Below, one piece after another: positions 39,300-54,800 of a stretch of DNA of 64,000 nucleotides; within the stretch, counting starts at the first letter, position 1, and every line of letters starts with the position of its first letter. A program made the position numbers and the translations under genes. Source of the DNA: Ptychomitrium polyphyllum. Lineage: Eukaryota. The stretch is from positions 1,736,001 to 1,800,000 of the forward strand of contig OZ316776.1 of assembly GCA_973851085.1 (NCBI GenBank), read 5' to 3'. The notes under the pieces are model-generated. The model had not been told where the DNA came from. It saw nothing but the letters and a program-made list of their open reading frames with translations, and ran no database searches.

Positions 39300-41157
39300 A
39301 TGAAGATGCCGCAGGTGTGCATGAGTTGGGTAGTGGTGTGTTCTTTGATGGTGGTGTTGCTGTGCATGGAGCAAAGTAGAGTGCAGGCAGCAGACCCAGC
39401 TCACAGAGTGGAGAGCCTGCCCGGCCAACCTGCAGTGCGCTTCAACCAATATGCGGGATATGTGACGGTGAACGAGGAGCAAGGCAGAGCTCTCTTCTAC
39501 TGGCTGGTCGAATCAGACCACAAGAAAGCCTCCACCATGCCCGTCTCTTTTTGGTTCAATGGAGGTCTGCTCACCACCTCTGCCACCTCACAATGAGCAT
39601 AATCATAGTGTCATTCTCTTGCTTTTACGCATTGCTCTGTGGAAGAAATTTTGTATTATCATTGGACGTTGAATCAGGAAATAGAAACCTCAGCTTCAGT
39701 GGGGTTAATAATTTCATGCCCTAAAAATACTATGCATCAAGAAATCGTCAAATGACCACCTCTGCTCTGCCATGAATATTATACAAAAAATAATATTCTT
39801 GCAAAGTTCTTTGTGTGATTGGAAATGCTGTCCCTGATGAAAGTAGATATTATGCACACAATCGTTCAACCTCAATCAAAGTTGAACCTAGTGCCAATCA
39901 GAGCTGCCATGGCTCTGCTTTTTGCTTGCTAGCCGTGCTGGTGACGTTTATTACTGTCACTTCAACTTGGACATTCAAAGTACTTATTGAAAACATTTCG
40001 TAGCATAATTGTGCTACGACCTGTCGAGCTAAATGATGAGCTTCGTGGTTGTGAGTTATTGGCAGGGCCAGGATGCTCATCAATAGGAGCGGGTGCGATG
40101 TCGGAACTGGGCCCATTTTTCAACAAAAACGAAGGCTTTGGCTTGGTGCACAACAAACATGCGTGGAACAAAGGTCTGTATTCATTTCTACTTTGATATA
40201 TTCGGAATGCACTGGCGTTTGTTACACCTACATGACAATCTTCAGCAGTTGATATAACTCACCCTCACCTTGGAAAGTGGAAAAATCACCAGCAAAAAAT
40301 GATAGTGAGGGCATGTGGCAGTGAATACATGCAGACATGGTTCTAGTTTAGTGACTTGGCGCTCAAACTCCCTCAATCTTCAGTGGTACAAGGTTTTGAC
40401 AATGAAATTTCAGCTTTGGGTGATAGAAAACGCCTTTTAGAGAGGATAATCAGAGCGATTTATTGAAGAATGTCAGACATTTAGTCACCTACAGACTGTT
40501 TAACCAGCTGAGGCTTGTGTCCGAGTATATTTTGTCTTTTGTGTACTCTGTTTCTCATGCATAAAATTTGAGTTCTTTGACTCCCCTTCCTGAATTGACA
40601 AGCTTGCTTTGTGTGTTTCAATATCTGCGTTGATAGAATTGATTGTCCCGGAAAGCAATCCTTGTCAGTAAGCAAAGAGATGGGTTAGCTTGATTAATGC
40701 GGATGTTGATTGAAAATTGTGCTTGTAAAGTTTCGAACATCGTATTTGTGGACTCGCCAGCGGGAGTTGGGTACTCGTATTCCAACACGTCGTCGGACTA
40801 CAACTACTTGGACGATGATCTCACAGGTACTGCAGGAGCTGCTGAATTTTCTTGATCGAAAAGAATGAGACCTCTGATAGCACTTCACTTGGTCATAACT
40901 CGAAAAATAGAGTTAATTTAATTCCTCATAAAATATAATGTATTTATGTATCTGACAGGTTATGCAAGGAAGTAATCAGACCAAGCTGACTTGAATTTAG
41001 TACCCTTGATTCAGTTAATCATTTTCAGCACTTGACAGAGTGGTCAAAGTTAGTTGCAGCTGCGGATGCTTTGGCTTTCATGGTGGGATGGTTTAAAAAG
41101 TTTCCTGAGTACCAGAAGAACGACATCTATCTCCTCGGTGAGAGCTATGCAGGTAAA

Positions 41158-41197
<40 letters not shown>

Positions 41198-42863
41198 ATC
41201 CATTGGGTTTGTGAGGATCATTCTGCATTATCATCCTTCTTGAACAAGACTTTACATTCTTTACTGTCTTCTCCCGTGCAAGTTTAATCACGCATTCATT
41301 TCTTCAGGTCATTATGCTCCTAATCTAGCACAGAAGATTGTACTTCACAATGATAAAAACATCAGAAAGCTGAACATCAATCTCAAAGGCTTCCTGGTGT
41401 GTACAATTCAACACCCACGCTCTCACTCTCAATTCTTGGACCTGTGCATTTCTTGGTTCATGGTTCTTGAAGCTATCTCTTAAATTCAAACTTCTGACTC
41501 CTGCTGATCAACTTAGTTAATGTCTCGTTTTAGGGTTTAATGATCCTGTGGCTATGGCAGATAGGAAACCCTTGGACAGACTCCTACTTCGACAACAAGG
41601 GTGCCGTGGATTTCTGGTACCACCACTCTCTAATTTCCGACGAGACCTACAACGAGATTCAGAAGAGCTGTGATTACCGAGTGGAACCAGCAGTAGGGTT
41701 TTCCACCAGTGCCGCTTGCCGCAACGCCGCTAACCATGCCTCCAATCTCGAAATGGCGGAGATTGATGCTTACAACATCTACGCTGGGAACTGCAACTCT
41801 GCCAGCATTGTCAATGACACTAGATCCACTAAGGTATTGTCCTCAACCTCGAATTATCAGAGCTTCTAGAGTTTCGTTTCTCTGAAAATGAATCCTATGC
41901 TCCCTCGAATAATTTTTCCTGTGACCTTGATCATACCCTATCTGCAGACGAGGCCGAGTTTCTTTCTGGGTTTAAAAGACACAAACTTCTGCGGACCTGA
42001 CACAACGACACCATATCTTAACTTGCCTGAAGTGAAATCTGCACTTCACGCACGGCCAGGGATCAACTGGACTGAATGCAGGTATGTACCATTTTATATC
42101 TAGACCTGATTCTGACAATGGCAGGGTAGTATTAATGTGGAGTTCAACAAGTAGAACACTATTTTATTGCTTGAGCAGTAACAGATATTCATGTAATATT
42201 CGTGTGTGCAGTCTGGTAATCAACAATCAATACAGTGTCACGAGCGTGGTGCAGTCCATGCTGCCTGTGTATCGGTACCTTCTTACAAAGAGCCTCAAAA
42301 TTTGGATTTACAGGTAATGCATTGCAGCTCATTACAGGTGATGATTCATGTGTAGTGTTGTCGTTGCAGGAATTTGATGGAGATCAAGGTGGTTGATAAA
42401 GAGCTATATATAAGAGCACTATCCATATGTTGAAAGTCTACAAATCAATAATGAACAGTTGACCATTTTTGAGGCAAGATAAGAATATTTTTATGGCTTT
42501 GTTGCAGTGGAGACATCGATGGTGTAGTGCCGACAACAGGTACAAGATATTGGTTAAGAGAACTCGACCTAACCGTCGAATTGCCATGGTATCCATGGAA
42601 TCACTCCACTCAGGTATGAATCATGTCCTCTAATTGAAACGAATTGTTTGCAGAATACTGTTCATATGTTTAAATTCATAAGAGTGAACATGATTAACGT
42701 ATGATGGTATTGATACCAGGTAGGAGGATGGACGCAAGTGTACAAGGGCTTGACATTCGTGACGGTAAGAGATGCGGGTCACATGGTTCCAGCAGACAAA
42801 CCTTCACAAGCATTGCAAGTATTTAGAAGATTTATTGCTGGGAAACCGCTCCCCAGTTTCTAG
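39300..42863 (+). CDS. SCPL: Serine carboxypeptidase-like protein, clade II (peptidase S10), secreted
   Basis: Signal peptide followed by [40 protein letters not shown], catalytic [26 protein letters not shown] and VRDAGHMVP. About 10 GT-AG exons. Stop TAG at 42861-42863. Confidence 0.95.
41166..41194. repeat. Intronic (TA)n(CA)n microsatellite
   Basis: atatatatatatatatatatatacacaca. Confidence 0.85.
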
Positions 42864-43429
42864 GTTGGCCTATACTTGCAACCTTGCCTGTATGCCCAGA
42901 TTTTCGGCTGCTCGCAAAGAAAAAAGGTATTGCAAATTGAGAAAGTTAGTTTAAAAAGCTTGAGGCCATGGAGTTTCAAATCAGTAAGATGATATTGAGC
43001 ATATTCTCACTCTTTGAAATTGCTATGCAAAAAGCTATTTGGTCAATAAAAGGAGCACTTTAAGCAAAACTTAAATTGATTTGCTTCCTATAAACTTGCA
43101 TAGGAGTTGTGTAGCTTTGGAAAGCTTTGCATACTTCTCTTTGGTATTTAACTTTGATAGAGTGTACAAAGACTATTCTTGCACTAAAAGCAAGGAAGCA
43201 CTATCAAAATTAGCTCAGACGCGAAAAGCTACCTATGTAAAAGTAATTTATGAGTCAATTTGAAATAGTAGCTCTACAATTCGCTGTCACCAATCAAGGA
43301 TTCCTGGACATTCTATTCTATACTTTGTTCTGCCTTTGACCTGACGAATGCTCTGTGATGAGCAAACGAATGGACGGTTTATTTCATTCTGGTTCAAAAC
43401 CACAAATTTGAAGGATGAGGGTTACCGTG

Positions 43430-44790
43430 GTAACAGAACTGCAGGCTTTAGTAATAAGGAAGAACTCATCTTCCTACCATCAGAATCGGAAGTCATTTCG
43501 TAGGTGCTACTGGTGCTTGCCGGGGTGAGGTTTGTGCTACTACTGCTTTTCGCTGGAAATCAGATTCTGATGACACCCTTGTGGACGATAATCATGTGAT
43601 GGAGATAGCTTAACGCAATTGGACAAGTGCGTTTCCAGAATGATAACCACCTCCTGTGTGACCTAATAATAGAAAACCAATCTGGTACGTACTATTGAGA
43701 TACGAATTGGGTTCTTTCAACATTTTAAAAAGTATCTCAAGTATTCTGAAAATAAGAAGACAGCAGAGAACCGGGCCAGACCTTCATTGGCGGTCTTCGA
43801 TCCTTGTCAAACAAAGAATACTTCATGTCAAGGTCTGCCACGGCCTGAAATACATCCTTTGGGTAGTCGTCTCCTACCTTTGGATCAGCCATGGCTTCAA
43901 TTCCTCCTTCTGCACGCCTTATTGTCACTTATCATTCAGAAATTCAACTCAATCAGGTGAGACCTCCGCATTTTGAAGTGGAGCACCTTAAGGAAAAGGA
44001 ATCTACTTTAGATTTTATAGATGGTTATACCCATTCCACCAGAATGAACTCGACTGTTTGTTCAATATCAATGGCTCTCTGGCCGGTGGCAAGCTCCAAG
44101 AGCACAACTGCATAGCCGTAGACGTCACTGGCAGTTGTCAGCTGCTGGCCAATGAATTATTGTGGATCAAAGTACCTGCTCACGTAGAGTGAATATAAAA
44201 TCAGGAATCAGCTCAGTTGACTTCTAGTAAAGGGAGTAATACTACATCGAAAAAATTGTTTTGAAAGAGTTCGAGTTTGGTACCCTGTAGTGCCAGCTGG
44301 ACGAGAGGATACATGAGTTGCTAATTCTTCTGTCGCTCGAGAGACGCCAAAGTCAGCTACCTTTGCGACTAATTTGAAGTCCAGCATAATTTCCTTGGGT
44401 TTAACATGGGCCGGTCACAAGGCTATCACTTTAGAAGGGTTTTTTGAGCCTTCTGCTCCTTCGATAGAAAAAACAAAACAATCAGACAACAGTTAGCTTC
44501 GAGATAATCAAATCCGGAAAGTAATAAGGATATCACAACCATTACCCGATGATGGAAAATTGTTTAAACAACTTGACCGCATGTTCATGTCATGCAACGC
44601 TTACAGGGACTTGAGAGAGCCCGTCAAGCTGCCAAGCGGTTCTAAATCTCCTGTCGGAGTCGTGTTGGTGGTTGCGTAGTTATTGTTGCTGGCATCGAAA
44701 ATTTCCAAGAAGGTCAGCTTCCGGAGGACCTCTGGCATGCTACCACTTGTGTTCATTCCCATCGCATTCCTGCTCTCCAAACAATCTCTC
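43430..44790 (-). pseudogene. LRR receptor-like kinase pseudogene
   Basis: Remnant exons: LRR SGSMPEVLRKLTFLEIFDASNN (~44600-44760); VKPKEIMLDFKLVAKVADFGVSR...HVSSRPAGTTG (~44283-44407); YFDPQ*F...TTASDVYGYAVVLLELATGQRAI...LVEW with in-frame TAA (~44031-44174); MADPKVGDDYP...RRPPMK (~43783-43920). No HRD motif, N-lobe or TM segment was found. Confidence 0.85.
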
Positions 44791-47700
44791 ATGTGAGGAA
44801 GAAATAACACTGGTACTCCTTTCTTCTAATTTCTCAAAGTAGCTATCGTTATGATAGACTTCGTAAGTGTTCATTCTGCAGTGCTACAACAGGACATATA
44901 TCAAGCCCATATCATAAATTGCTGTGTGGAACCTCTGTTGCATCTGTTGGCAGTCCAGTCAAGCGATTGTAAGTTTGAAAGTCTATAAATTAACTGGAAG
45001 AAACATAATACCACACCGAGAACTGATTCGTCCTTAACGTAATTTGTTTCAACCCTGCTTTAAATGCAGTAGTTAGAAACTTGCTTACACACATACAACA
45101 TTGTCGAGGAGAGAAGAGGAATACAGAGTGATGACATGGTTGCCAAGCGCGTCGCACGTGAGGTATGTCCACGAAAGACATGGGTCTGAAATAGCGACCT
45201 AGGTGGAAGCATTAACCTGGAGAGCCCATTCAGTTTGATGATCAAAAGCGCATCCCTTGCCACAACTTGATCACGTCCTAGGACCTGGCAGGTATTGTTC
45301 AGAGTGGCAATGGCCAAAGAGAACATGGTTCAATGCACGAGCTGCAGTGCATGCATCAGCAGCTGAAGGTTTCTACGATATTGAAAACAAGAACTGTCAG
45401 AAAAACTGGTTTCTTAAACTCTAACAGGCGTTACAGCAGACCCAACAGCCTGGGGAGGTGTAGCTCACTTGCGGTGGCGTCAAATACCGCATCTGAAAGG
45501 CTAAATGTAGCCACCAACAGAAGCACCACGCTAACAAGAAGTCATTGCGGCCGTAGCTTAGGCATCATTGTAGTTTGCCTGTCAACTGCGTTTACGTTCT
45601 CTATGAGAGCTCTGTACGATTGATATCGAAGCTAATAGCCTCTAATTCTCTTGTCGAGAAATCCCATGAGCCTCCGAAACTCCATGCAAAAATTATACTC
45701 CACCAATTTATAATGTTATAAGCTAATTTTCCAATGAATCTATACAGGCAGCTGAGAGCTGATGGTAAACTTTGCCGAAGAACTTGATATCTTTTCCAAA
45801 CCTGCAGCCTGCAGCTGCATCATCTGCTATGATCCTACTTCACCAACATAACAATCAACAGTTGTGCCTGCCAAACATTAAATTGGCAAACTCCACAGCC
45901 TTCTCACTGATAAGCGCGCTCCTTTGGCTGGCCACATTAGGTGGTCAGAAGGTTGTTGTCTGAGGTTGGTCAAATTTGCGCTTCAAAAATTTTCCTGCTA
46001 GGAATGATCATGTGCTTCCATTGCTTCCAATGATGGCTGCATCCTCATCATTCAAACCCAGCACCATGCACTCACTTGTAAGAATTCGTACTGCTGCAAC
46101 TTATAAGCATCTGCAACTACACTATTCCGGCCTCTTATGGAGTACAACTTGAGTATCACACCCTCCAGTGCAACCGTGCGTATTACTACAGCAGCGTATT
46201 TATTACACGAGAAGCTGGATGCTCGTATCAAAAACTCCGCCAATATCCAAAACAACCCCTTTGGCAGATCGTTAAAGCGCTCCCCAGCTTCGAATTCTCT
46301 GAGCACCCATCTTCACTCATCATGGCTAGTTCATCAGACATTACCACTAGTTTCCTCAGCCAGTTTCTAATTCTCCGTGTGCAGGCAGAACGTCGTTGAT
46401 CATGGCCTGGACGTCCACTAAAATTATGGTTTCGAGCTTCGTCTTGTTCACCTTCTCAAGTTCTCAGGCTGTCCTCCTATGTCAGAGGTGCCAGAGTCAC
46501 TCTCGTCCTCTGGCCAACACGGTACTGATGATGCTACTGGCATGCATGTGTCAACCGCTATGAAGACTCTGCACAACATCTGACTCTGGCCCTTCGAATT
46601 CAACCCTCCACCTGCATGTTCCACACAGTAACAATTATATCTCAAATTATCACCAAGAACAATAGCAGTGCAGCCTGTGCGGTTTCTTCCTGTAACTTGG
46701 TGCTACCTTTTTTTAAAGTTATGACTTATCCTGATAAGGTCTTGATTCTTATTCAACATTTTCTGATGAAATGTTATATCAGAGAAAGCTATAAGGAAGC
46801 ACATTTGAAAAGCCGGACGCTGCATTCAGCGGTGCACCTGCAGAACATCAGCAACGATGATACACATGAGTAGAGGATGCAGGTTCGCACATGGAATTTC
46901 AATACCGACTTCGCTGATTAAAGCAGGGAACCTACTCCAGTCTGCAGAGTCCACTTGAATCTGAGACTACAGAGATCAGGGGCACCAGCGACTGTACGTA
47001 CTCCCGTACGAAGTCGTTGGAGCGAAGTCTGAGAGAATTTGGACTTTTGTTTTGTATTTTATCCTTTTTGTCAGAAAAATGTATTTTGAAAAAAAGTTAC
47101 ATTGAATACTTGGACAAATTTCATTAAAGCACTCAGCTTGAACATTTTGCTTTTTTGGTTTGATTCATATTTCTTTGTTCAAATGGAGTAGTTGTCGGGA
47201 TGCCCCAGAACATTAGGTGCATAAAAAATAAAAATAGAAAAAGAAATGGCAAAAGCTACCCAAAGATTGTGAATTTTTAAAGAACTGCCTACCAGTGTCA
47301 CATGTGCCCTGCTAAACTATATTTGTAATAGTTTCAACATTGAAATTGGAAACGAGGACATTGTATTAGCCTCCTAACCTTAGTGTCTACATTGTAATAG
47401 TACTCCAGAATTCCAATTCTGCTTGACTAGTCATATAATACATTAGTCGTATGGAACTGGTTTTTGGAAGAAGCAGAGCCTGACAGTCCATTTTGAGTAG
47501 GGACCATGTACAACCTCAGCCAAACAAGGCTGGGTGAATCAATTTATGGTGTTTCTGATCCACTGAATAGAAAGAAATGCTGAATTGCACATTTGTAAAA
47601 ATCTAGAATAAATTTTGCTGATACAGGCGTTCAAACTTGAAACTTAAATAATTAACCAAACATCACACATATGAAGGTCCTTCTTCAATCATTCATGCAT

Positions 47701-48880
47701 TACCACATCATGCGTCTTGCAGCATCTACTTTAGTTCTATTGAAATTTTCTTAATTATGAAACCAAACAATATGGAATTTCTTAGAAGTACTATGTCACT
47801 CAACTCAAATCACTTGACATCTACCCGGCCCTGCGCTTGCCCTACTAGTATTTAATTAATGCAGCTGATATAGCACGGTATTGGGTGGACCTGGGAAGGT
47901 TTTTCATAGACGATCTGATTCTGAAGGTCCACACTTTCAGATCAGCCTCTTACCATTGAATCTCGTCTTGTGCAATGCATTTCTAATTGCTGCATTCATG
48001 ACTGCATGATTTGCCCAGATAAGCGGTAGCATGTAAGTTCCGGCTTTAAATTGTTAACAGCAAATTGGAGTGATGTTGTGGTATTCCATGCATCCCAAAT
48101 AAAGTCTAATTTCTTTTGAGCTGTACCCTGACTTGTGTGATGTAACTGGAGGTCTGAATGTGGACAAACTGGGTTTTTGTTAATCATCTAGCCAACCATG
48201 ACATATATACGTCTACTGATATCAAACACCTTACACATTGACTTAAAGAACTGAATGTGGCACACTGATTTCGTATATCGAGCACAGATTGAAACAATTA
48301 CAAAGCGCATGTTCCATGTGTTGAAAGCAGCGAACATAATGCACAGAACACATCAACATTGACCATGCAAAGTTAAATCTCAAATTGCACGTTGTCCACT
48401 TAGCAACATTATTTTCAAAACATAGAAGACACTAATCAAGGCACAGTTAATGTCAGACAGCATTAATCAAATTGCCTCTAAAAGTTGAACCTTAAACACT
48501 CAAAAACAGTACAGGTCATACTGGAAACTGGAAGTATCGGATGTCCCACTATGGCACTGTCCAGACAGTGAAGGCCAGTAGACAGGACCTACCCTCCCAT
48601 CAAACTCCATCCTAAAAAATATTTCCAAAATCTTGTACATTTTACTGTGCAAAAGTAAAAATCCATGCGAGCGTCTCAAATGTTAATGAATACGACGTGA
48701 TATAAGTCGATGTCCGAACTAACATCTAAATCTTTTGAATCCTCAATTATCTAACTCTTCTCAGGTGATCTACAAGTGACTCAAAAATACGTCACCAGAG
48801 AAATCACGGTCAAACAAACTGCAGACCATTTGTCAGTATTGCAGAAAAGAATAAGCCGCCGTTGAGCATATTGTCATTCT

Positions 48881-51800
48881 TCACTGACTTGGTAAGCTGT
48901 TCCGACAAAATTTCTGATATGGTACAAATGTCTGTTGCCACTGTCTGAATTGGTCGCGTAAGCCACTCAAACCAACCTGGTTCGCAGCCTGACATATATC
49001 GCCTGCAGCATGCCATAGAAAGAAAGTAAGTACAATCCAGAAGTATAGACTTCCCGGTTAAATCCAATGTTGGGCGTGTATCGGCTAATAATAACTTAGA
49101 TCTTCATTTCAAGCTCAAGATCCGATACGCTCCCAGCAGTTAAAACCACATTTTTCTTGGCACATATTCCTGGATATGCTAATTAATTGCATGAAATCAA
49201 ATTACGAAACACAACTTATTCAGAACAGCAGCAGGAGAGACATGAAAACCGGCAATGCAGAATGAAAGTAGGAGGATACTGCTGCTTACTTGATGCAAGG
49301 AAGGGCAGCTGGATTGGACAAAGATGTGAATCCTCCAGAACCTGCTGGGTCAATAAACCATCATAACTATCTACATAAGTTCCAAAAAAGGTACCAAGAG
49401 CATGTTTGTCTAGCACGGAGGTTTGCCCTCCTTCAGATTCAGATAGGTTTTCCCCAAGAATATCTGTTTCGGTATTATTCGGAGCAATTTCCATAGAAAG
49501 GGCCATATTCAAAGGTTGTCCTCTGATGGGTTTTCCATGTATGTGAGGCAGAATTGATTCCCGGTCTGAAGTTTGGTACTGAACAAGTTGACTCCTGTCA
49601 AAACTTCCGCTGCCTATCGGAATGTCATTCCATGCCTCAACACTGTCAGCCAAAGACAAATCCGACACCGATACTCTGGGTCTCGTCGCTGTTGTAAGGT
49701 TAAATAAAGCACGTTGCACATGATCACAACCATCTTGAAGTATAGTACGACGAATCGATGAAGGTTTCTGTGTAAAAATCGACAACTGCGTCTTTTCCAT
49801 AATGGAATCGGTCTCACAGTTGACTAAATTCTCATTCCTGACTTCTGAGGAGCATTTGTCCAGCAAAACTGGAAGGGGTACAGTCAATCCCTCCGTAGAA
49901 GACCCTGTGTTATCCACCTGGGTTCTGTACTCAAAATAAGAACTCCCGGGTACATGAGAAGTCAGCAAGATTGATAAATATTTTCGTAGATAATGCGATT
50001 GACCGTCTGCCGGCATACCTGCAGCCAGCTTCTCAAGATCCGCTGGTAAGTATCTTCGCAGCACTATATGTGCAATTTCATATCTGGTTCAAAGCTAAGT
50101 CTTAGGGAATAACTCCATATTAAACATTGGTGTCAATCAGAGAAATTTAAAGTAAATCAGAACGACTGATGCAATAACAAGATGAATGAGCTGTCACTAA
50201 CATTTTCACAATCATAGTAGAAGCTCTTTCTTTACCTCATCAATGATTTAAAAGGATACATACTAAGAGGCACTATTGATTGCTGCAATACTTCTGCTGC
50301 CAGTGCCATCACTTTCTCTCGATTCGAATTTTCATGCAACTTGATCGGAAAACCGTCCCTTTCCAGACCTGCGTTGCCAGTCTTGGACACAAGTTGATTG
50401 AGCGAACTACTCTGAGACAAACTCCATGGTACAAGAGCATGTTGGTCTTCTGAGTCTAGACCAGACTCCATCATTACATCACCAGGCTCATGGTCGTTCT
50501 TGGAAGGTTGAGAATCATGGGACACAGGCAGCCCGGACCCACTTCTGATATCTGCTCAATAGATATAAGGCAAAACCCATGATATTCTGGGGATTCGAAA
50601 GAAAGTCTGATAGGCAAAAGAAGTATCGCACATCAGCTTATATAGTTAACATCGTGACAAAGAACTACGAGTGGTTCGAACATTGTGGATATAGTGACTG
50701 AACCGACACATCAAACAAAACTCTTTCAAAAGTCATTAAAAAGTTATAGCATTAGTGTCCTAATATGTTCATAACTTGAAGCCAGAGGTTAGGACAACAG
50801 AAAATGCCACTCGTACATAACAGCTGTAACTCAAAGACAGGTAGAAAGAACTCAAATAAGTAACATTCCAGCCTACAGGATCTTGATCATCTGTAAAGGG
50901 ATTTGTCAATAATCCTTTTCAGGAAAGCAAATGGAAGCAAAGATACGAGAAACAGCGCTAAACAACCAAAGGACTTTTCCCACCATTACTGTCCACTTCC
51001 AGACGGTATATTGAGGATACAGTTAAGGAAACAGGCAAGCTTGGTAAAATTGCATCGCTTGGATCTGCTCTTGATACCTGTCCAGTACGACCAGAGATTC
51101 CTCATCAAACACTGGAAAAGAACAACCTGTAAAGAAACAAAGTTTAACAAGCCTTATATTCAAGCCTGTGGACCACAGTATTAAACAGAAGTAGTACATG
51201 TAAAACTCTCGCCAAACATGGTAACACGCACCAGTTGAGTCCGCATTGGAGCTTTCCCTCCGAGATAGTCGAGAACCTACACTGTGCAGCCTCTCCGCTG
51301 CTTGGAAGTGCTGTGCAAAAATATCACCCTCTCCAGTCAGCTGCATTAAGGAAAAGCCTCTGCAATCACGCACATAATCTTGTGTCTCCAGTCTCTGAAC
51401 TTTTTGAAGATCTCGGGGAAGGACAACAAGACCAGAAAGGTGGTCCCATGTTCTCTTTGAGAAAGCTGCTTTGTTGTTTTCTTGCTGGAAAAAATTCATG
51501 TTGGAGTCCAATATGGTAGCCCAATTGTTAGGAGTCGCCCGAGGGGCAACTAGTTTGGATGGTAAACCCCAGGCATAAATCCTGTCATCTAAATGTGACA
51601 GCTTCAATGTTGATATTAGACCGCTTTGAGGTGGGAGGCTAGGCATTGGATGAGGGCCGTAGCTGAAAGCCTGGATGTTAGCAGAGCGAAAGGAGGCCGC
51701 CAGTATGACTTTTCCTGAGCAACAGCCAAGAATACAAGAATGAGAAATAAAGTTAAAATATAACTAAGTAAACTCCACTGGCAACTACTCGTAACATCCA

Positions 51801-54800
51801 AGTCACGGATATATAAAGTCCTGAACTCTCCACCTTGCTTTAGTATCCACAAGATATGTACAGCCTAAAAAATAAACAGGATATATGCTGAGACTAAAAT
51901 CCTTGATAAATACCTTTACCAGAAGGTGCTACTGAAGATTCTTGGCTTGCTGAAGGAATCGGGCACATAGCAAGTAGACTTGGAGGTTCAGCTTCCATAC
52001 CATGAAGCCACTGAAATTCAGTACAGATCATCCCACGAAAACCTTAGAGTAAATGTTAAACAGTCCCGACACAATAACAAATTCAAATAAAACGTCCCGC
52101 ATAATGCAACAGATATTCCAGAGACGTCAGGATACCTGCAAGAGCGGTGTCTGGGGCTGACGGGTGTCAAACAGTATCAAATTCTTTTTTGTTGAGATGC
52201 AAAACTCATACGATCCATCATGATCAGCTCGTGCGAACGATTGAATAACATCACTGGAACCTGCACGGTTCAAGTAGCCTCCTCTGCGACCAACCCCTGG
52301 AATTCTTGCTACAACAGATGTATTGAAATTTTGGACCAGAGGTTCTGTGCTTGTGGATGAACACCCTGACTGATCTGCCACGCTCACATGCTTAACCCTG
52401 ATGTCCATGAGAGACACTTCTTTTGACCCGACCACTAGCAATGTTTTTGGATGCCATGCATACTCACACTGCCACCATTCAAATGGATTACTGATTAGGG
52501 GGGGATTAACTTTTTTCTTGTGCATTGCTATTTTGGATCTCGGTCTGCTGCTCCGCCTCGTACTAACAAGAAAAGAAGTCGAGGAGTTTAATGACTGGGG
52601 AATGTTATATGAAGCTTTAGCATTTAAATTATCGGAAGACCAGCCCCGCTGAAGGTCAAATAAAAGGACTTGTCCTGTCTCCAAAATCACAGCTGCTTCG
52701 CCTGGAACATGCTGATTCCAAGCTACCTACCAAGGAAAATTGCGCAAAAGTATTAGAACACCCCATTCAAATTCGAGAGGTTAAACAGCCCACTCAATGT
52801 ACATCTAATCACAACACGATACTGCTATATTAATCAGAAGCACCAAGTTTTCAGCTCAAAAACTAGGGTACTCAAGGGAGCTCTTTCAGCTTGTGCAGCA
52901 GCTGATGACAAATCTGACAAATATAAGTGACCTTTTACAAACGAGGATGCCATAAAGCAGTCAACTAGAGTCTGCAGGGGTGTGTCCACAGAATGTGTCT
53001 CACTCCGTTCACAACCACCTTGTTGAAACTAACAGCAAAGAACACAAAGAACGAATCTCTTGCACAACGATCAGGGCAGAAGGATTACATGTGACAAATA
53101 TTTCCCAAAACTAGCTGTCATAGGAAGTGTAAAGTCGACCTCTAAACCCTGTAACAGGAGGAAAAACCAAAGTGTTAGAACCCCTACATGACGACGTGCT
53201 TGAGACAATAGTGATAATCTTATCTTGGTGCAATTTACAAAGCGTGCATAACCAGTGACGAACTTGCTTTTGTTGGCTCTACTCCCCACAAATCCGTACA
53301 TGCATATCTGAACACTAAGGTAATCAGATGCGGTGACAGTGAGGCGTCATTTCACCTTTACTGGAACCTCTGAACGGTATCTCAACATTAGCAGTAAAGT
53401 AATGTAAATAGCGCTAGTGTTGCAATTATATTTAGTGGATCTAGAAATCAATAACGTTATCAAATCACGTAACAAAACTACAACTGACATCGTGCAGGTA
53501 GAAAAACTACATGTACCTCCTGATTCGCTGTAAGGAACTCTACTTTGTACAATGAGCGCGCTGCCACCAGACAACCACAGTCAGGATCCCATGGATCTTT
53601 CCTTACTGCTGACAGCTGCAAACGTACATACCCCACAAGTTTTAATTCCTTCCAAGACAAAACCATATACTAACACCACCACAAGATTCAATAGTGAGAA
53701 AGCTGCAGAACCGAACAAGTTGTCTCCGTTGCAATAGACCACAGGCCGCATGCCCCAATTGTGAGCTCGTGAAGTAAAATGCATAATACCAGCTGAATAC
53801 GTCATAAACTCAAAAGACATGTATAGCACGAGTGTTCTGTGTGTCCTTATAGGTACATTCTTGACGACATAAATACCCACTTAGATCAAAACGTTGAACA
53901 TTACGACTAGTATGAGTACCTGAAATATAGGTTGCCGCAAAGAAATAGAACTGTTCCACAGAGACTGTCTGGAATGACGAGAAGCAGCACTTGTAGATAC
54001 ATGCCACTTCTTGACTGTATCCCTAGAGCAAAGGGCACCGCCGACACGGTCCGCATTATTACCTGTAGGAAAAAATAACGCATAGTCTCCATCTCTGCAC
54101 TGCCAATACGCGCACCCGCATGAAGAACTTCAGAAACTAAAAATAGTCATCACGCCATAATCACTTCAACTCACATTTAAAAAAAACGACCCAGCGTGTA
54201 ATCCCCACTGTTGAAGGCATGATAAATACCTCCACAAGCTGCAAGCGATTGCCAAGAATTTGAGAGCCGTGGGCAATTAAGCCCTTCCTCAATAAGATAT
54301 CCTCTTGAAGATGCTCTTCCAACAAATCTTCAGGAACATATGCATCCCCTGAAAAGGACATAAACTCCTCTTTTTGCTGTACACATAAAAACAGTTAAGA
54401 ACTCAATTAACTCAAAAGAAGAAACCACAGTTTCAACCAATTATTATATCAAAAGAGAGAATTCTGAAGGGAAACCTCACGAGAAAACATCAGAATATAG
54501 GGCTTCAAGGTTGGTATCATACTGGTCCTGTAAAAAACCACCAATGCATCAATATTTGAACATCCAATTCCAGACGGTGTCTAATTACCTCAGAAACACT
54601 TGGAACGGAGCTCTCAAACTGCTGGGGAAGACCACCCGTAGAGAGAAGACGCTGCGGCAATCCGACCCCATCAAACAACAAAGGCCCCACTGCAACACAA
54701 CAAATCACAGACGAGAGGAGGAATACACCATAATAAATCACTATATTCCAATAAAGCAGAAAAGAAAATCCCAAGTCTCAAGATCACTCCCACTGCTAGA

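Noticed and set aside
45750..46650. Coding-like minus-strand fragments upstream of the RLK pseudogene
   Set aside because: Many stops and no recognisable family, so I cannot support a call.
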